A DNA stretch of 64,000 bases from Longimicrobiales bacterium (GCA_965226375.1 CBDDCX010000008.1:512001-576000), one strand, 5' to 3'; shown: positions 20,142 to 33,916, counted from the stretch's first letter. The notes: generated from the sequence alone by a model not told the origin. Made by a program: numbers and translations.

Positions 20142-22756
20142 TGTCCCGTCCGCTGGGCTCCTTCGGCAGAACACGAGTGTGCCGTAGGCTTCTCCCGCTT
20201 GTCACGCCCTTCGCCGCGCTTCTTCACGGCCAGGTCGCTGCCCAGGACGTAGAGATGCTGGCCCGCGAATACGGCACCCCCATTCCCGAAGGCTATTACA
20301 CGGAGCTTCAGCGAGATCCGAATGCTTATCGGTTCGGACGGGGCTGGCGTCCCGAAGCACGAGTCGACGCTCCTCGGCTACTCCGTAACCGTGACTCTCG
20401 CGGCGCGGCCACTTTGGGCCGCCGTGGGGGAGGTGTGAGCGGGACGTTCACGTTCCCACTCATCCTGGGGCTCTACCTGGACACGCCGGGTATCCCCAGC
20501 GGCAAGGTGGGGTGCCGCGCACCCTGTACCGTGGGCCCCCCGGCCGAGCCGCTCACGCGTGAGATCATCCAGCGCGAATTCTTCGATGGCCCCAACAGCA
20601 TTCTCAGCACGATCCCCGAGTTCTACACGGAGGTCTCGGGGGGCCGGGTAACCCTTGTGGGAGACAGCCACGACTGGTTCCAGACCAGCCTTACGGGGGC
20701 CCAGGTGACGGGAGACAGTGACGGCCTCAGCAGCACGGATATGGTCGGAGAATTCATCATCGAGATTCTCGTGAGACTCGATGACGGAGCCGTAGACTGG
20801 GGGCAGTATGACAACGACGGGCCCGATGGGGTTCCGAACTCCGGCGACGACGACGGCTTCGTAGACGTGCTCACGGTCATGCACCCGACGGCAGGAGGAG
20901 AGTGTTTCGTCAGTGGCGTTGGACGCGTCTGGTCCCACCGTTGGCAGCTCTCCGCTTCGGCCGCAGCCGCCGTAGATCCGATCTTTCACGCTTACGTGAC
21001 TCAGACTGCCTCTGCTAACGGAGGCCAGATCCTGGTCGACGACTATGCCATTGTGGCGGCGCTAGGGTGCGATGCGCAGCACGTCAACCAGATCGGTATT
21101 TTTGCGCATGAGCTGGGCCACGGATTCGGCCTTCCCGACCTGTACGCGGTGGGCGGTAGCCACGCCGGTGTGGGACGATGGGGCCTCATGGGCTCGGGCG
21201 CGTGGGGCTGCACCGGCGGGATTCCCGCGATTCCCTGCCACATGACGGCTTGGAGCAAAGAAGCTCTCGGGTGGGCCAACGTGACGACGCTCGCTCCGGA
21301 CGCCGATCTGGGTGTGATAACACTGGACCCCGTGGAAACCTCGGGAGACATCATTCGAATCGAGGCCGGGGACGGGAGCGGGGACTACCTGTTATTGGAG
21401 AATCGCCAACCCATCGGGTTCGACGTCAACCTCTTCTCGCCGGGCCTACTCGTCTGGCAGATCGACGAGGACATGGTGTCCAGCCGATGGGCCTCCAATA
21501 CCGTCAACTCGTCCTCCGGGCGTATGGGTGTCTGGCTGCGGCAGGGGGACGGCGAGAACGATTTGGCACTGGGCACGCAACGGGGCGATTCCGGTGATCC
21601 CTTCCCGGGCTCGTCGGGCCAAGACCAGTTCACGGCGGGGTCCGCTCCGGCGGCCTTTACGTTCGACGGCCTCAACGGCCAGGATGGAGTGCCCCAGGGC
21701 AGGGCTGCAGGCATAACGCTGCTCGACATCCAGCAGGTGGGTGACCAGGTGCGATTCCGCGCTCTTACCCGGTACCAGACTCTCACGCTCCAGGCTACCG
21801 GTGCGTTGGGACCCGTGCCGTTCCGGGTGGACGGGGTGGAGACCGGCGACAACCCTGCCAGCGTCGTGTCGGCACCGTTCCAGAGACATGTGATCGAGGC
21901 GGCGGGCGGAGAGGAATCGGTGGACGGCTTCCGCAACGGGTTCGTCGCATGGGACGACGGTGCTGAACGAAACCGTGAATGGACCACGGAGCTCTCCGAC
22001 GTGACGCTCATCGCGACGTACGGGAATCCTGAGGTGCGTTTCGACCTGACCCTCCAGCGTCCCGTGCCGGGAGTCGACGCCGGTCGCATCGTTACGAACC
22101 CCCCATCGGAACCGGGGTGGCTACAGCTCGGTGCAGAAGTGAGCATCGGTGTCGATACCAACATCGGCTTCGCCTTCCGGGAGTGGACTGGAGCGCTAGC
22201 CGGTCAGCCGAACCCGGCACTGATCACACTCACCGAGCCGGCGGTGGCCGGTGCCGAGTTCGACATCACGTTCGGGCTCGCCGGGGCACCCACGCTGAAC
22301 TTCGATTTCGATGGGGCTACGCCGACCTCCCTCAGGATTTCCGTGGAGAACGGAAACCCACCCGTCACCTGGCAACAGTTCGGAGAGCTTCCCTCCGGGA
22401 TGCATTCGCATGCCAACCGGGGTGTGGTCCACGGTACTCCGCGCGAGATGGGGGAATTCGATGTGACGCTGTGGGCCACGGACGCCATCGGCCTCACCGC
22501 TTCGGCTGCGCTCAGCATCTCGGTGGGCCCACCCAGCTCCGGTCTCCGGGAAATGGCCAACCAATTTCTCCTCGAACCGATGGACCCCAACCTTGCAGAC
22601 TTCCTGGACTATCAAGGCGATCGGGACGGCGAGTACGACCTGGGGGATTTTCGGGCCTGGATCGTAGGCCACCCAGAGCACCCCGCGACGCAGATGATGC
22701 GAGCCGCGGATCCCATCGTCGTCCCCCTCTTCCTCCGGAAGGAGGAGTCACGATGA
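20141..22756 (+). CDS. M6-family (immune inhibitor A-like) metalloprotease with C-terminal beta-sandwich domains
   Basis: HELGHGFGLPDLY zinc motif, WGLMGSG Met-turn, AWSKEALGW, YLLLENRQ, GLLVWQIDE. Confidence 0.85.
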   Translation: MSRPLGSFGRTRVCRRLLPLVTPFAALLHGQVAAQDVEMLAREYGTPIPEGYYTELQRDPNAYRFGRGWRPEARVDAPRLLRNRDSRGAATLGRRGGGVSGTFTFPLILGLYLDTPGIPSGKVGCRAPCTVGPPAEPLTREIIQREFFDGPNSILSTIPEFYTEVSGGRVTLVGDSHDWFQTSLTGAQVTGDSDGLSSTDMVGEFIIEILVRLDDGAVDWGQYDNDGPDGVPNSGDDDGFVDVLTVMHPTAGGECFVSGVGRVWSHRWQLSASAAAAVDPIFHAYVTQTASANGGQILVDDYAIVAALGCDAQHVNQIGIFAHELGHGFGLPDLYAVGGSHAGVGRWGLMGSGAWGCTGGIPAIPCHMTAWSKEALGWANVTTLAPDADLGVITLDPVETSGDIIRIEAGDGSGDYLLLENRQPIGFDVNLFSPGLLVWQIDEDMVSSRWASNTVNSSSGRMGVWLRQGDGENDLALGTQRGDSGDPFPGSSGQDQFTAGSAPAAFTFDGLNGQDGVPQGRAAGITLLDIQQVGDQVRFRALTRYQTLTLQATGALGPVPFRVDGVETGDNPASVVSAPFQRHVIEAAGGEESVDGFRNGFVAWDDGAERNREWTTELSDVTLIATYGNPEVRFDLTLQRPVPGVDAGRIVTNPPSEPGWLQLGAEVSIGVDTNIGFAFREWTGALAGQPNPALITLTEPAVAGAEFDITFGLAGAPTLNFDFDGATPTSLRISVENGNPPVTWQQFGELPSGMHSHANRGVVHGTPREMGEFDVTLWATDAIGLTASAALSISVGPPSSGLREMANQFLLEPMDPNLADFLDYQGDRDGEYDLGDFRAWIVGHPEHPATQMMRAADPIVVPLFLRKEESR

Positions 22757-23133
22757 GGCGGGCGCTCGTTATGGTAGCGTTGGCCTCCGGGGTGCTGGTC
22801 GGCGCATGTGACTCGGGCCCCAAGGGTCCCGGACAGCTCACCGGCAGACTGCGGTCGGGGCCGATCCCGGTGGGTGCGATTGTGCTGGAGTTTACGGGTA
22901 CCGGTATCACGGGCTTCTCCGGTGTGGGGGCGACCAAGGTTTTCTTCGCCGAGAATGAGCCCGGTGTATTCCGGGTCGTCATGGTGACTCCGACCGCGGG
23001 CGAAATGAACTTCCTGATTAGCGTCGAGGACTTGGAGGCTCCCTTGCCCACCGTCAATTCCGTCGAGGCGGTCGATTCCAACAACGGAGGCCTCGGCGAC
23101 CTCACCGGAATCTCGGTCGAGGTGAAGCATTAG
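22753..23133 (+). CDS. Small lipoprotein
   Basis: ATGA overlap with the protease stop, AGGAGG RBS, lipobox VGA-C, beta-rich body. Confidence 0.75.
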   Translation: MRRALVMVALASGVLVGACDSGPKGPGQLTGRLRSGPIPVGAIVLEFTGTGITGFSGVGATKVFFAENEPGVFRVVMVTPTAGEMNFLISVEDLEAPLPTVNSVEAVDSNNGGLGDLTGISVEVKH

Positions 23134-23169
23134 CTTGCGTCCCGAGCTTGTCGGTCTGAGAATACGCTC

Positions 23170-23280
23170 ATGACTACATCCACTGTGATCACCATGGTTC
23201 TGGTCTTGGGCTTCGTCTGGGGCGGCTTCGCGTTCTTCCTTTTGACGGCGGTCCGCAAGGAGTCCGATAAGGGCGATTGA
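23170..23280 (+). CDS. MetS-like NSS transporter small subunit (36 aa)
   Basis: MTTSTVITMVLVLGFVWGGFAFFLLTAVRKESDKGD: one TM helix with WGG and a charged tail; below the ORF-track length cut-off. Confidence 0.7.
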   Translation: MTTSTVITMVLVLGFVWGGFAFFLLTAVRKESDKGD

Positions 23281-23427
23281 GCGGGCCTCGAGACCACCCG
23301 CGGCGCCTCCCCCAGCCGCCTTGTGCTGCATCGCCAGATCCGACACCTTTCGCCGCGATGTACGCTCCGCTTTTCCTACCGTGGACCCGCCCCGCTCGTG
23401 GCGGCCCAACCCCCCCCTGTTCAGCCA

Positions 23428-26731
<3,304 letters not shown>

Positions 26732-26739
<8 letters not shown>

Positions 26740-27706
26740 TCCTACTCCGGTAGGATTCCTCCTCCACCCGGCGTCACCCCTCCATGATACCGGCTGGGGA
26801 CACCCCGAACATCAGGGCCGTCTCAGGTCCCTCGCTTCTGCCGTGGGTCAGGATCTGCTCGCGCTCCACGACAGGGTCATCCAGGTCGAGGCCGGCGAGG
26901 CCACGGAAGAGGACCTGCTGCGTGTGCACTCCACGGCTCATGTGGAACTCATCCGTACTGCCGCCGAGCGAGCGGAGCGAGAGGCCACGCTGATCCGGCT
27001 CGATCCCGACACCGTCGTTTCCCCGGCCTCTTGGCGAGCGGCGACCGGCTCGTCGGGTGCGCTTCTTACGGCGGCAGAGGCAGTTTCGGCCGGAACGCTG
27101 GCGTCCGCGTTCGTGGCGACCCGTCCGCCCGGCCACCACGCCACTCCAGACAAGGCCATGGGGTTCTGTCTCATCAACCACGTGGCTGTTGCCACCCGGT
27201 GGCTTCAGGCGACCGGGCGAGCGGAGCGTGTGCTCATCGTGGACTGGGACGTACACCATGGCAACGGCACCCAGGACGTCTTCTATGCCGACGGCAGCGT
27301 ATTCTATCTGTCCTTGCACCAATGGCCCCACTATCCGGGCTCAGGAGCGAGCGACGAGAGAGGTGTGGGCGAAGGAGAGGGGTGGACGCTCAACGTGCCA
27401 CTGCCGGCGGCGACACCTGCGGACGAGTACAGACGCCACTTCTGCGAAGCTCTGACCCAGGCACTGCAAGTGTGTAATCCGGACTTCGTATTGATTTCCG
27501 CCGGATTCGACGTCATGGCCGGCGACCCGCTCGGAGGCATGTTGTTGGAGCCGGCAGACCTCCACTCGCTGACGCGCGCCGTCATGGATCGGATCGAGGA
27601 CGGCGTCGGACTCGTGGCGGCTCTGGAAGGCGGGTACGATCCCAAACGGACCGGTCTCGGCACGGCCCAGGTGCTCAGAGCGCTAGCCGGCATCGATCTG
27701 GATTAA
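26732..27706 (+). CDS. Histone deacetylase-family protein
   Basis: HPE...[34 protein letters not shown]. Confidence 0.92.
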
Positions 27707-27799
27707 GACGATCGTCGGGTGGGCTCCTTTCCAGGCCCCCGGGGGTAGTTCATAGGATAGCTAATCCACGCTCGCACCCCGATCAGTGAAGGCATCGCG

Positions 27800-28315
27800 A
27801 TGCTGAGAACTCTCCGGACCTGTGCCCTAGTAGTAGTCGCGGCCCTCGGCACATCGATGGTTCCCCTGGCGGCCCAGGACGGAGACGAGGCCCTGAGGAA
27901 TCCTGTCGAGCCCCATCCAGTTGCCGACGAGGCTATCTCGCGCCTCAAGTCTCCCTACTGCCCGGGTCTCATGCTCGAGGTATGCACGTCGTATCAGGGG
28001 GCTCTGCTCAGGGACAGCCTTCAGGCCATGGCACGCGAGGGTGGGAGTACGGATGATCTCGTGGATTGGGTCCTCTCCCGTCATGGCGAGGAGTACCTAG
28101 CCTATCCGCGCGCGTCCGGCCGAGGGCTCCTCGCCTGGCTCGTCCCGCCGGGGGCGCTGCTTCTGGGAGTCGGAGTGGTCATCGTGGCACTCCGCCACAT
28201 GCGAGATCCCACGCGCTTCGGAGCGGAGGTGGAGCAAGAGTTGTCCGCCGAGGATGAAGACAGGCTGAGAGAAGCACTTCGGGAAATGGATGCGGCGGAG
28301 GAGCCGATCTTCTAG
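27800..28315 (+). CDS. ccmH: Cytochrome c biogenesis protein, CcmH-like
   Basis: Signal peptide, Cys pair (SPYCPGLMLEVC), V..HGE..L..P....LLAWLVP plus TM helix. Confidence 0.7.
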   Translation: MLRTLRTCALVVVAALGTSMVPLAAQDGDEALRNPVEPHPVADEAISRLKSPYCPGLMLEVCTSYQGALLRDSLQAMAREGGSTDDLVDWVLSRHGEEYLAYPRASGRGLLAWLVPPGALLLGVGVVIVALRHMRDPTRFGAEVEQELSAEDEDRLREALREMDAAEEPIF

Positions 28316-28366
28316 GGCCTCGGGAGGTACATTGGCCCCCCGAGTGACGCCGATCTACGTTCCCGC

Positions 28367-29347
28367 ATGACTCCGGACATCAACGGTCGAGAACGAGTTG
28401 CTGGGGGCGTGCCGTCTATGCTCGACCTGCTCCACCTGAGCAAGAGACCCTTATTCCCGCCGGGCGGCCTGGAGCTCTACCGCCAGATCGCTCTGCTTGC
28501 CGAGATGCGGCCCGACCACGAGGTCTTGGTGGTGCCGTCGGGTCTCGCCGTCACCCTCGAGTACTTCGTCGACGAGTACGACGTCCATGGCTCGGGCGTG
28601 GAAGATGACCCGCACTTGCTCGAGCGAGCCGAAGAGCGTCTACGGGGACTCGGATTGTTGGACCGGGTACACGTTCAGCTGGGCGAGATGGACAGCCTTC
28701 CGTTCCGCGACGGCATTTTCGACGTGGTCGTCGCGGAGCTCGGCCTGACATCTCACGTTGAGCCCGAGTCCGCCGTCGAGGAGTTGGTGAGGGTGGCCAA
28801 GCCCGGCGCCACCGTGGTGGTTGTTCAGCCGGTCTGGAAGGCACCGGTGGACCCGGAGCGGAGGGCGGTGTTGTCCGATCACTTCGGGTGCCGGCCGCTC
28901 ATGCTCGTGGAGTGGAAGAGGATTTTGAGAGCTTCGGGCCTGGAGCGTCTTCACACCGAGGACTGGTCCGACGAAGGAACTTCGTTTCGTCCTCAGATCG
29001 CGAAGCCGTTCCCCGACTTCGCGGAGTTGTTCAGCCCGGGAGAAAAGTTGGGAATTTGGCGGCGGGCGCGACGGAGGTGGGGGTGGGGGGGGTTGTGGGC
29101 GGCTATGGCCAGGGAACGGGAGGTGCACAAGGTTCTCACGCGGGAGCGCATCCTGGGGCTCGACCTGGTCAAGGGTGTCAAAGCGGGGACGGCGCCGGGC
29201 GCCACTTTCCCCGCCTCGACCGACACCGAGCGGCCCGCCTCGGCGGGCCCGGAGACGCCCACTACCGAAGAAGAAGACGGCAGCCCGGAAGAGGAACAGG
29301 TTACCGGACTGCCCCTGTTCGGTGACGAGGCGGACGCCGATGCCTGA
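28367..29347 (+). CDS. Class I SAM-dependent methyltransferase-like protein
   Basis: PGGLEL, LPF.D..FDVV, E..RV.KPG; motif I is degenerate. Confidence 0.7.
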   Translation: MTPDINGRERVAGGVPSMLDLLHLSKRPLFPPGGLELYRQIALLAEMRPDHEVLVVPSGLAVTLEYFVDEYDVHGSGVEDDPHLLERAEERLRGLGLLDRVHVQLGEMDSLPFRDGIFDVVVAELGLTSHVEPESAVEELVRVAKPGATVVVVQPVWKAPVDPERRAVLSDHFGCRPLMLVEWKRILRASGLERLHTEDWSDEGTSFRPQIAKPFPDFAELFSPGEKLGIWRRARRRWGWGGLWAAMAREREVHKVLTRERILGLDLVKGVKAGTAPGATFPASTDTERPASAGPETPTTEEEDGSPEEEQVTGLPLFGDEADADA

Positions 29348-29373
29348 CAACAACCCAAAGCGATGGGAGTGAC

Positions 29374-30570
29374 GTGAGCAAGATTGCACCGATGACCGAT
29401 CCGGAGCAGGTGGCCAAGGTCCAGGAGGCCCTCAAGGCCGGCGGCATGGACGGGTGGCTCTTCTTCGACTTCCGTGGCCTAAACCCGATAGCGAGTGCCA
29501 TGGTGGGCCTGGGTTGGACCACGCGCCGCTCCTTCACGTTGGTGCCCGCCGAGGGGGAGCCGGTCGCCCTGATCCACGCCATCGAGCACTCCTCATGGCG
29601 CCATTGGCCCTGGGCCAAGCAGGACTATTCGGGCTGGCGGGAAATGGAGTCGAAACTCGCGGAGCTGGTCGAGGGGCGCACGCGCTTGGCCATGGAGGTC
29701 TCCTCGCGATCGAGCGTTCCCACTCTAGATCGCGTCCCGGCAAGGATGCTGGAGCTGTTTAAGGAGGTCGGGGTCGAGCCCGTGAGCTCCGGCGATCTGG
29801 TCTCCGCCTTCTACTCCGTGTGGTCCGAAGAGCAACTCGAGGAGCACAGGGGCTCGGCCGAGACGGTGCGCCAGGTTGCCCTCGACGCCTTTGCCAGGGC
29901 TGCGGATCACATCAGCCAGGGCGCTCCCCTTCTCGAGGGCCAACTGGGCGCTTGGATCCGATCGGAACTCACGGCCCGGGGCGTAGGAGTCGACACGGAT
30001 ACTCATGTGGCGATCGGTCCCAATGCCGCCGATCCGCACTACGATCCGCGTGACGCCGGTGCTTTGATCGAAGAGGGCGAGGTGTTACTCATCGATCTGT
30101 GGGGCAAGCAGACGGAGGATGGTGTGCCCGCGGACCAGACCTGGATGGGGATACTGGCGCACTCCGTGCCCGAGCGCGTGCAGACGATCTGGGAGGCAGT
30201 CCGCGGCTCTCGCGAGGCCGGTATCGGATTCCTTCAGGAGTGCCATGCCGAGGGACGTGATGTGCACGGCTTCGAAGTGGACGACGTGTGCCGACAGTTC
30301 CTTGTCGAGTCAGGCTTTGGCGACTTCTTCGTGCACCGTACCGGTCACTCGATGGATCTGGAGCTGCACGGCAGCGGGCCCAATCTGGACAACCTGGAGA
30401 CCCGCGACGACCGCCTGCTGGTTCAGGGAGTCGGCTTCTCCATCGAGCCCGGCGTCTATATGGCGAACGATGTGGGCATCCGGAGTGAGATAAACGTGCA
30501 CTTTGGAGCGGATGGCCCGGAGGTCACGCCTCTGGAGCGGCAGGACGAGATTCTACTGTTGTTGGACTGA
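29374..30570 (+). CDS. M24-family Xaa-Pro peptidase
   Basis: PHY, LIDLW, ADQT, HRTGHS, FSIEPGVY, GIRSE. Confidence 0.9.
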   Translation: MSKIAPMTDPEQVAKVQEALKAGGMDGWLFFDFRGLNPIASAMVGLGWTTRRSFTLVPAEGEPVALIHAIEHSSWRHWPWAKQDYSGWREMESKLAELVEGRTRLAMEVSSRSSVPTLDRVPARMLELFKEVGVEPVSSGDLVSAFYSVWSEEQLEEHRGSAETVRQVALDAFARAADHISQGAPLLEGQLGAWIRSELTARGVGVDTDTHVAIGPNAADPHYDPRDAGALIEEGEVLLIDLWGKQTEDGVPADQTWMGILAHSVPERVQTIWEAVRGSREAGIGFLQECHAEGRDVHGFEVDDVCRQFLVESGFGDFFVHRTGHSMDLELHGSGPNLDNLETRDDRLLVQGVGFSIEPGVYMANDVGIRSEINVHFGADGPEVTPLERQDEILLLLD

Positions 30571-30596
30571 CCCCACCCTCGGTACCTCTGGCATCC

Positions 30597-33053
30597 GTGA
30601 GCTCATCACCTTCATTCGTCCAAGTGGCTTTGCCACTCCCCTTGGACCAGACCTTCACGTACTCCACGTCGGGTCCGGTCCCTGAGGCAGGGACAAGGGT
30701 TCTCGTGCCGTTCCGACGGGAGGAGCGCATCGGGTTCGTTGTCGGGGCGGCCGACAGTGAGGGCCGAAAGGGCATCCGGCCCATTCTCGCGGTCCTGGAC
30801 CTCGAACCCGTGGTACCACCCGCTCAACTGCGCTTGGCCCGGTGGATGGCGGACTACTACATCGCGCCCCTGGGTATCGCCCTGAGAACGATGCTCCCGG
30901 CGGTCCTCTCTGATGCGTCTCGTGACGTCGTAGCTCTGACGGAGAACGAGATGGGGAGCCTCAAGCCGAGGGAGCGTCGACTGGTCGAGGCGATGGCAGC
31001 AGGAGGCCGCTCGCAGAGTGTTCGGGGTCTCCGCCGGGGGCTCGACATGGGCTCCATCTGGCCGGAGATCCGCGCGCTCTCGGCGCGGGGAATCCTGAGT
31101 CATGAGACTCTTCCCCCCCGGTCTCCGCCGGTGAAGACGGAGAGGGTCGTGCGGCTGGACCGGTGGATCGAGGATCTCGATGAGCTCGATCGTCTCTTCG
31201 GACGAGCACGGCGTCAGGCCGAGGCCTACCAGGCGCTGACGGCGTCCGGAGGCAACGTGGAGTTGGCGCATCTCACGGGTCAGGCAGGCTTCAGCCGGAG
31301 CGTGATTCAGGGGCTGGAGGACAAGGGACTCGCCGTAGTCGAGGACCGTGAGGTGCACCGTGACCCCTGCGCGCAGATTCCGGTGGAGGAGGAGGCCAGA
31401 CACGAACCCACCGCCCGACAGGCTGCGGCGATCCGGACCCTCATCGACACCTTCGACGGTGGACCTTCGGAGCCGTTCCTGCTTCACGGCGTGACCGGGT
31501 CGGGCAAGACGCTCGTCTACATCGAACTGCTGAGTCACGTGCTGGCCCAGGGCAGGGGCGCGATCGTGCTCGTGCCCGAGATCTCCCTGACGCCCCAGAC
31601 CGTGGCCCGCTTCCGGGCCCGCTTCGGCGACGAGGTCGCGGTGCTCCATTCGGCCCTCTCGGACGGCGAGCGCTACGATGCTTGGCGACAGCTACGCGAG
31701 GGCCACCGACGCATTGCGGTGGGAGCCCGCTCAGCCCTTTTCGCACCGGTGGCCGATCTGGGCGTCATCGTGGTGGACGAGGAGCACGACGGTAGCTACA
31801 AACAATCCGAGGCTCCCCGGTATCACGCTCGGGATATGGCGGTCCTGAGGGCCTTCCAGCAAGGCGCGCTGTGTGTCCTGGGCAGCGCCACTCCTTCCCT
31901 GGAGAGCTGGCACAACGTGGAGCGCGGGAAGTTCAGCCGCATCTCCCTTCCGGATCGGGTCGGGGGAGCTCGGCTACCGCCGGTCCGACTGGTGGACCTG
32001 CGAGCGGAGCGCCGGGCAGCGAAGGGCACCGACGGGGCCGCAAGAAGTGAAGGCGGTGTCGTGCTGACGTCACCGCTCGTGGAGGCCGTACGCCTGCGAA
32101 TCGAGCGGAGCGAACAGACGATTCTTTTGCTGAATCGTCGAGGATACTCGTCCTTTATCCAGTGTCGTGAGTGCGGAGACGTGGAGACCTGCTCCGACTG
32201 TTCCATCTCGATGACCTACCATCGTGTGGCGAACCGCCTCGTGTGCCATCACTGCCGAGCGGAGGCGCCGGCACCCTCGCGCTGCCCGCGGTGCGGCTCC
32301 GATGATCTCTCGTTCCGGGGACTCGGCACCGAGCAGGTGGAAAAGGTGGTCTCCGAGACGTTCCCCAGTGCTCGGATTGCGCGTATGGACGTGGATACGA
32401 CCTCTGGTAAGTGGTCCCATCACGAGATCCTGGGTCGCGTGGAGCGAGGCGAAGTAGATATTCTTCTCGGTACTCAGATGATCGCGAAGGGTCTCGACTT
32501 CCCGCGGGTGACGCTCGTGGGGGTGGTGAACGCCGACGTGGGTATCCACCTGCCCGACTTCAGGGCGAGCGAGCGGACCTTTCAGCTCCTAAGTCAGGTG
32601 GCAGGCCGTGCCGGACGCGGCGAGCTTGGAGGCGAAGTGCTCGTTCAGACGTCCCTCCCCGATCACTATGCCATTCAAGCGGTGTTGGACCACGACTATG
32701 TAGGGTTCGCCTCTCGCGAGATGGCCGAGCGGCGTCACCCGGCGTACCCGCCCGTCGTGCGTCTCGTGAACGTCGTCGTCAGTAGCCCGAACGCCGACGA
32801 TGCAGCCCGCAACGCAGAGGCGGCGACGCGCTGGCTCAGGGGACGCCTCCCTCCGGCCTCAGGCGTGGAGCTGATCGGGCCGGCACCCTCGCCCATCGAA
32901 CGCCTGCATCGACGGTGGCGGTGGCACTTCATGCTCCGGAGCGCGTCCGCGAAGGCACTTGGAGATGCGTCGCGTATGCTTCACAACGGATTCCGTCCCC
33001 GAGGTTCGGACGTGCGCATGGCCATAGACCGGGATCCTACCGCACTCTTGTGA
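30597..33053 (+). CDS. priA: Primosomal protein N'
   Basis: GVTGSGKT, VPEISLTPQ, DEEH, four CxxC motifs, GTQMIAKGLDFP, QVAGRAGR. Confidence 0.97.
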   Translation: MSSSPSFVQVALPLPLDQTFTYSTSGPVPEAGTRVLVPFRREERIGFVVGAADSEGRKGIRPILAVLDLEPVVPPAQLRLARWMADYYIAPLGIALRTMLPAVLSDASRDVVALTENEMGSLKPRERRLVEAMAAGGRSQSVRGLRRGLDMGSIWPEIRALSARGILSHETLPPRSPPVKTERVVRLDRWIEDLDELDRLFGRARRQAEAYQALTASGGNVELAHLTGQAGFSRSVIQGLEDKGLAVVEDREVHRDPCAQIPVEEEARHEPTARQAAAIRTLIDTFDGGPSEPFLLHGVTGSGKTLVYIELLSHVLAQGRGAIVLVPEISLTPQTVARFRARFGDEVAVLHSALSDGERYDAWRQLREGHRRIAVGARSALFAPVADLGVIVVDEEHDGSYKQSEAPRYHARDMAVLRAFQQGALCVLGSATPSLESWHNVERGKFSRISLPDRVGGARLPPVRLVDLRAERRAAKGTDGAARSEGGVVLTSPLVEAVRLRIERSEQTILLLNRRGYSSFIQCRECGDVETCSDCSISMTYHRVANRLVCHHCRAEAPAPSRCPRCGSDDLSFRGLGTEQVEKVVSETFPSARIARMDVDTTSGKWSHHEILGRVERGEVDILLGTQMIAKGLDFPRVTLVGVVNADVGIHLPDFRASERTFQLLSQVAGRAGRGELGGEVLVQTSLPDHYAIQAVLDHDYVGFASREMAERRHPAYPPVVRLVNVVVSSPNADDAARNAEAATRWLRGRLPPASGVELIGPAPSPIERLHRRWRWHFMLRSASAKALGDASRMLHNGFRPRGSDVRMAIDRDPTALL

Positions 33054-33099
33054 GCGGGTCCGTGCTCGTGTTGATCTAGTGTCCTGTCCCAGAAATACG

Positions 33100-33116
33100 C
33101 TGGCATTGATCTCGCT
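33100..33116 (+). promoter_or_regulatory. Possible sigma54 -24/-12 promoter
   Basis: CTGGCATTGATCTCGCT with GG-N10-GC spacing, upstream of the HNH gene; could be a chance match. Confidence 0.25.
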
Positions 33117-33269
33117 ACGCTGCGATCGTCTCGCGGTCAACTCGGCACTCAAATGAAGCGTGGAGGTCGCTCTAGCGGTTGTGGGCGTGTCATCATATCT
33201 GTTCAGGGGGTCTTGGTGTGCCAGGGAGGCGTGCCCCCCATGGGAATCGTCGGTGAGGGGAATGCCAGA

Positions 33270-33845
33270 ATGGGTTGCCTGGCCCTGAACGCGTCATACG
33301 AGCCGCTGACCATCATCCCGGCTCGCCGGGCTATTCGGTTGGTGCTCGATCGAAAAGCGGAGATCCTGGAGGCTGACGACCATCGTGCCTTCCGATCGCC
33401 GCGAAGAGCACTGCCTTTCCCGACGGTCATTCGTTTGGTCCGCTACGTACACGTGCCGAAGGGATTCCGACGGCAGGTCACCAACACTTTCCTGTTCGCG
33501 CGCGACAACTACCAATGCCAGTACTGTGGACGTCACCGTGGTCAGCTCAAGGGTCGGCAGTTTCTGACCAGGGACCATGTCCTCCCCATGTCCCGGGGTG
33601 GGGACAACTCATGGCAGAATGTGGTGACGTCGTGTTCGCCCTGTAACAACCGGAAGGGCGATCGTCTGCCCCGGGAGGCGGGCATGGCGCTCTTGGTGCA
33701 GCCTACGGAACCGAACTACGTCCGCCTCGTTTGGACGGTCCGTCGTGTGACGGAGGCACAGGCGAAGTACATCCGCATGTTCTATGGTGAGGATGTGCTC
33801 TCAACACTCAGGGCGGGACGCATAACGGTGCGCGAACAGGCCTGA
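33270..33845 (+). CDS. HNH endonuclease (McrA-like)
   Basis: LALNASYEPL, RDNYQCQYCG, DHVLP.SRGG..SW.N.V..C..CN..K. Confidence 0.9.
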   Translation: MGCLALNASYEPLTIIPARRAIRLVLDRKAEILEADDHRAFRSPRRALPFPTVIRLVRYVHVPKGFRRQVTNTFLFARDNYQCQYCGRHRGQLKGRQFLTRDHVLPMSRGGDNSWQNVVTSCSPCNNRKGDRLPREAGMALLVQPTEPNYVRLVWTVRRVTEAQAKYIRMFYGEDVLSTLRAGRITVREQA

Positions 33846-33916
33846 GCCTCGTCGCGGATGCGCCCATCGGAGTGAGGGTGCTCTCGGGTCTCTTCCGGCG
33901 CGCCAGATAAGAGCGG

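Noticed and set aside
33270..33845. HNH gene as part of a defence or mobile system
   Set aside because: It stands alone in housekeeping context, with no methylase, reverse transcriptase, cas gene or repeats nearby.
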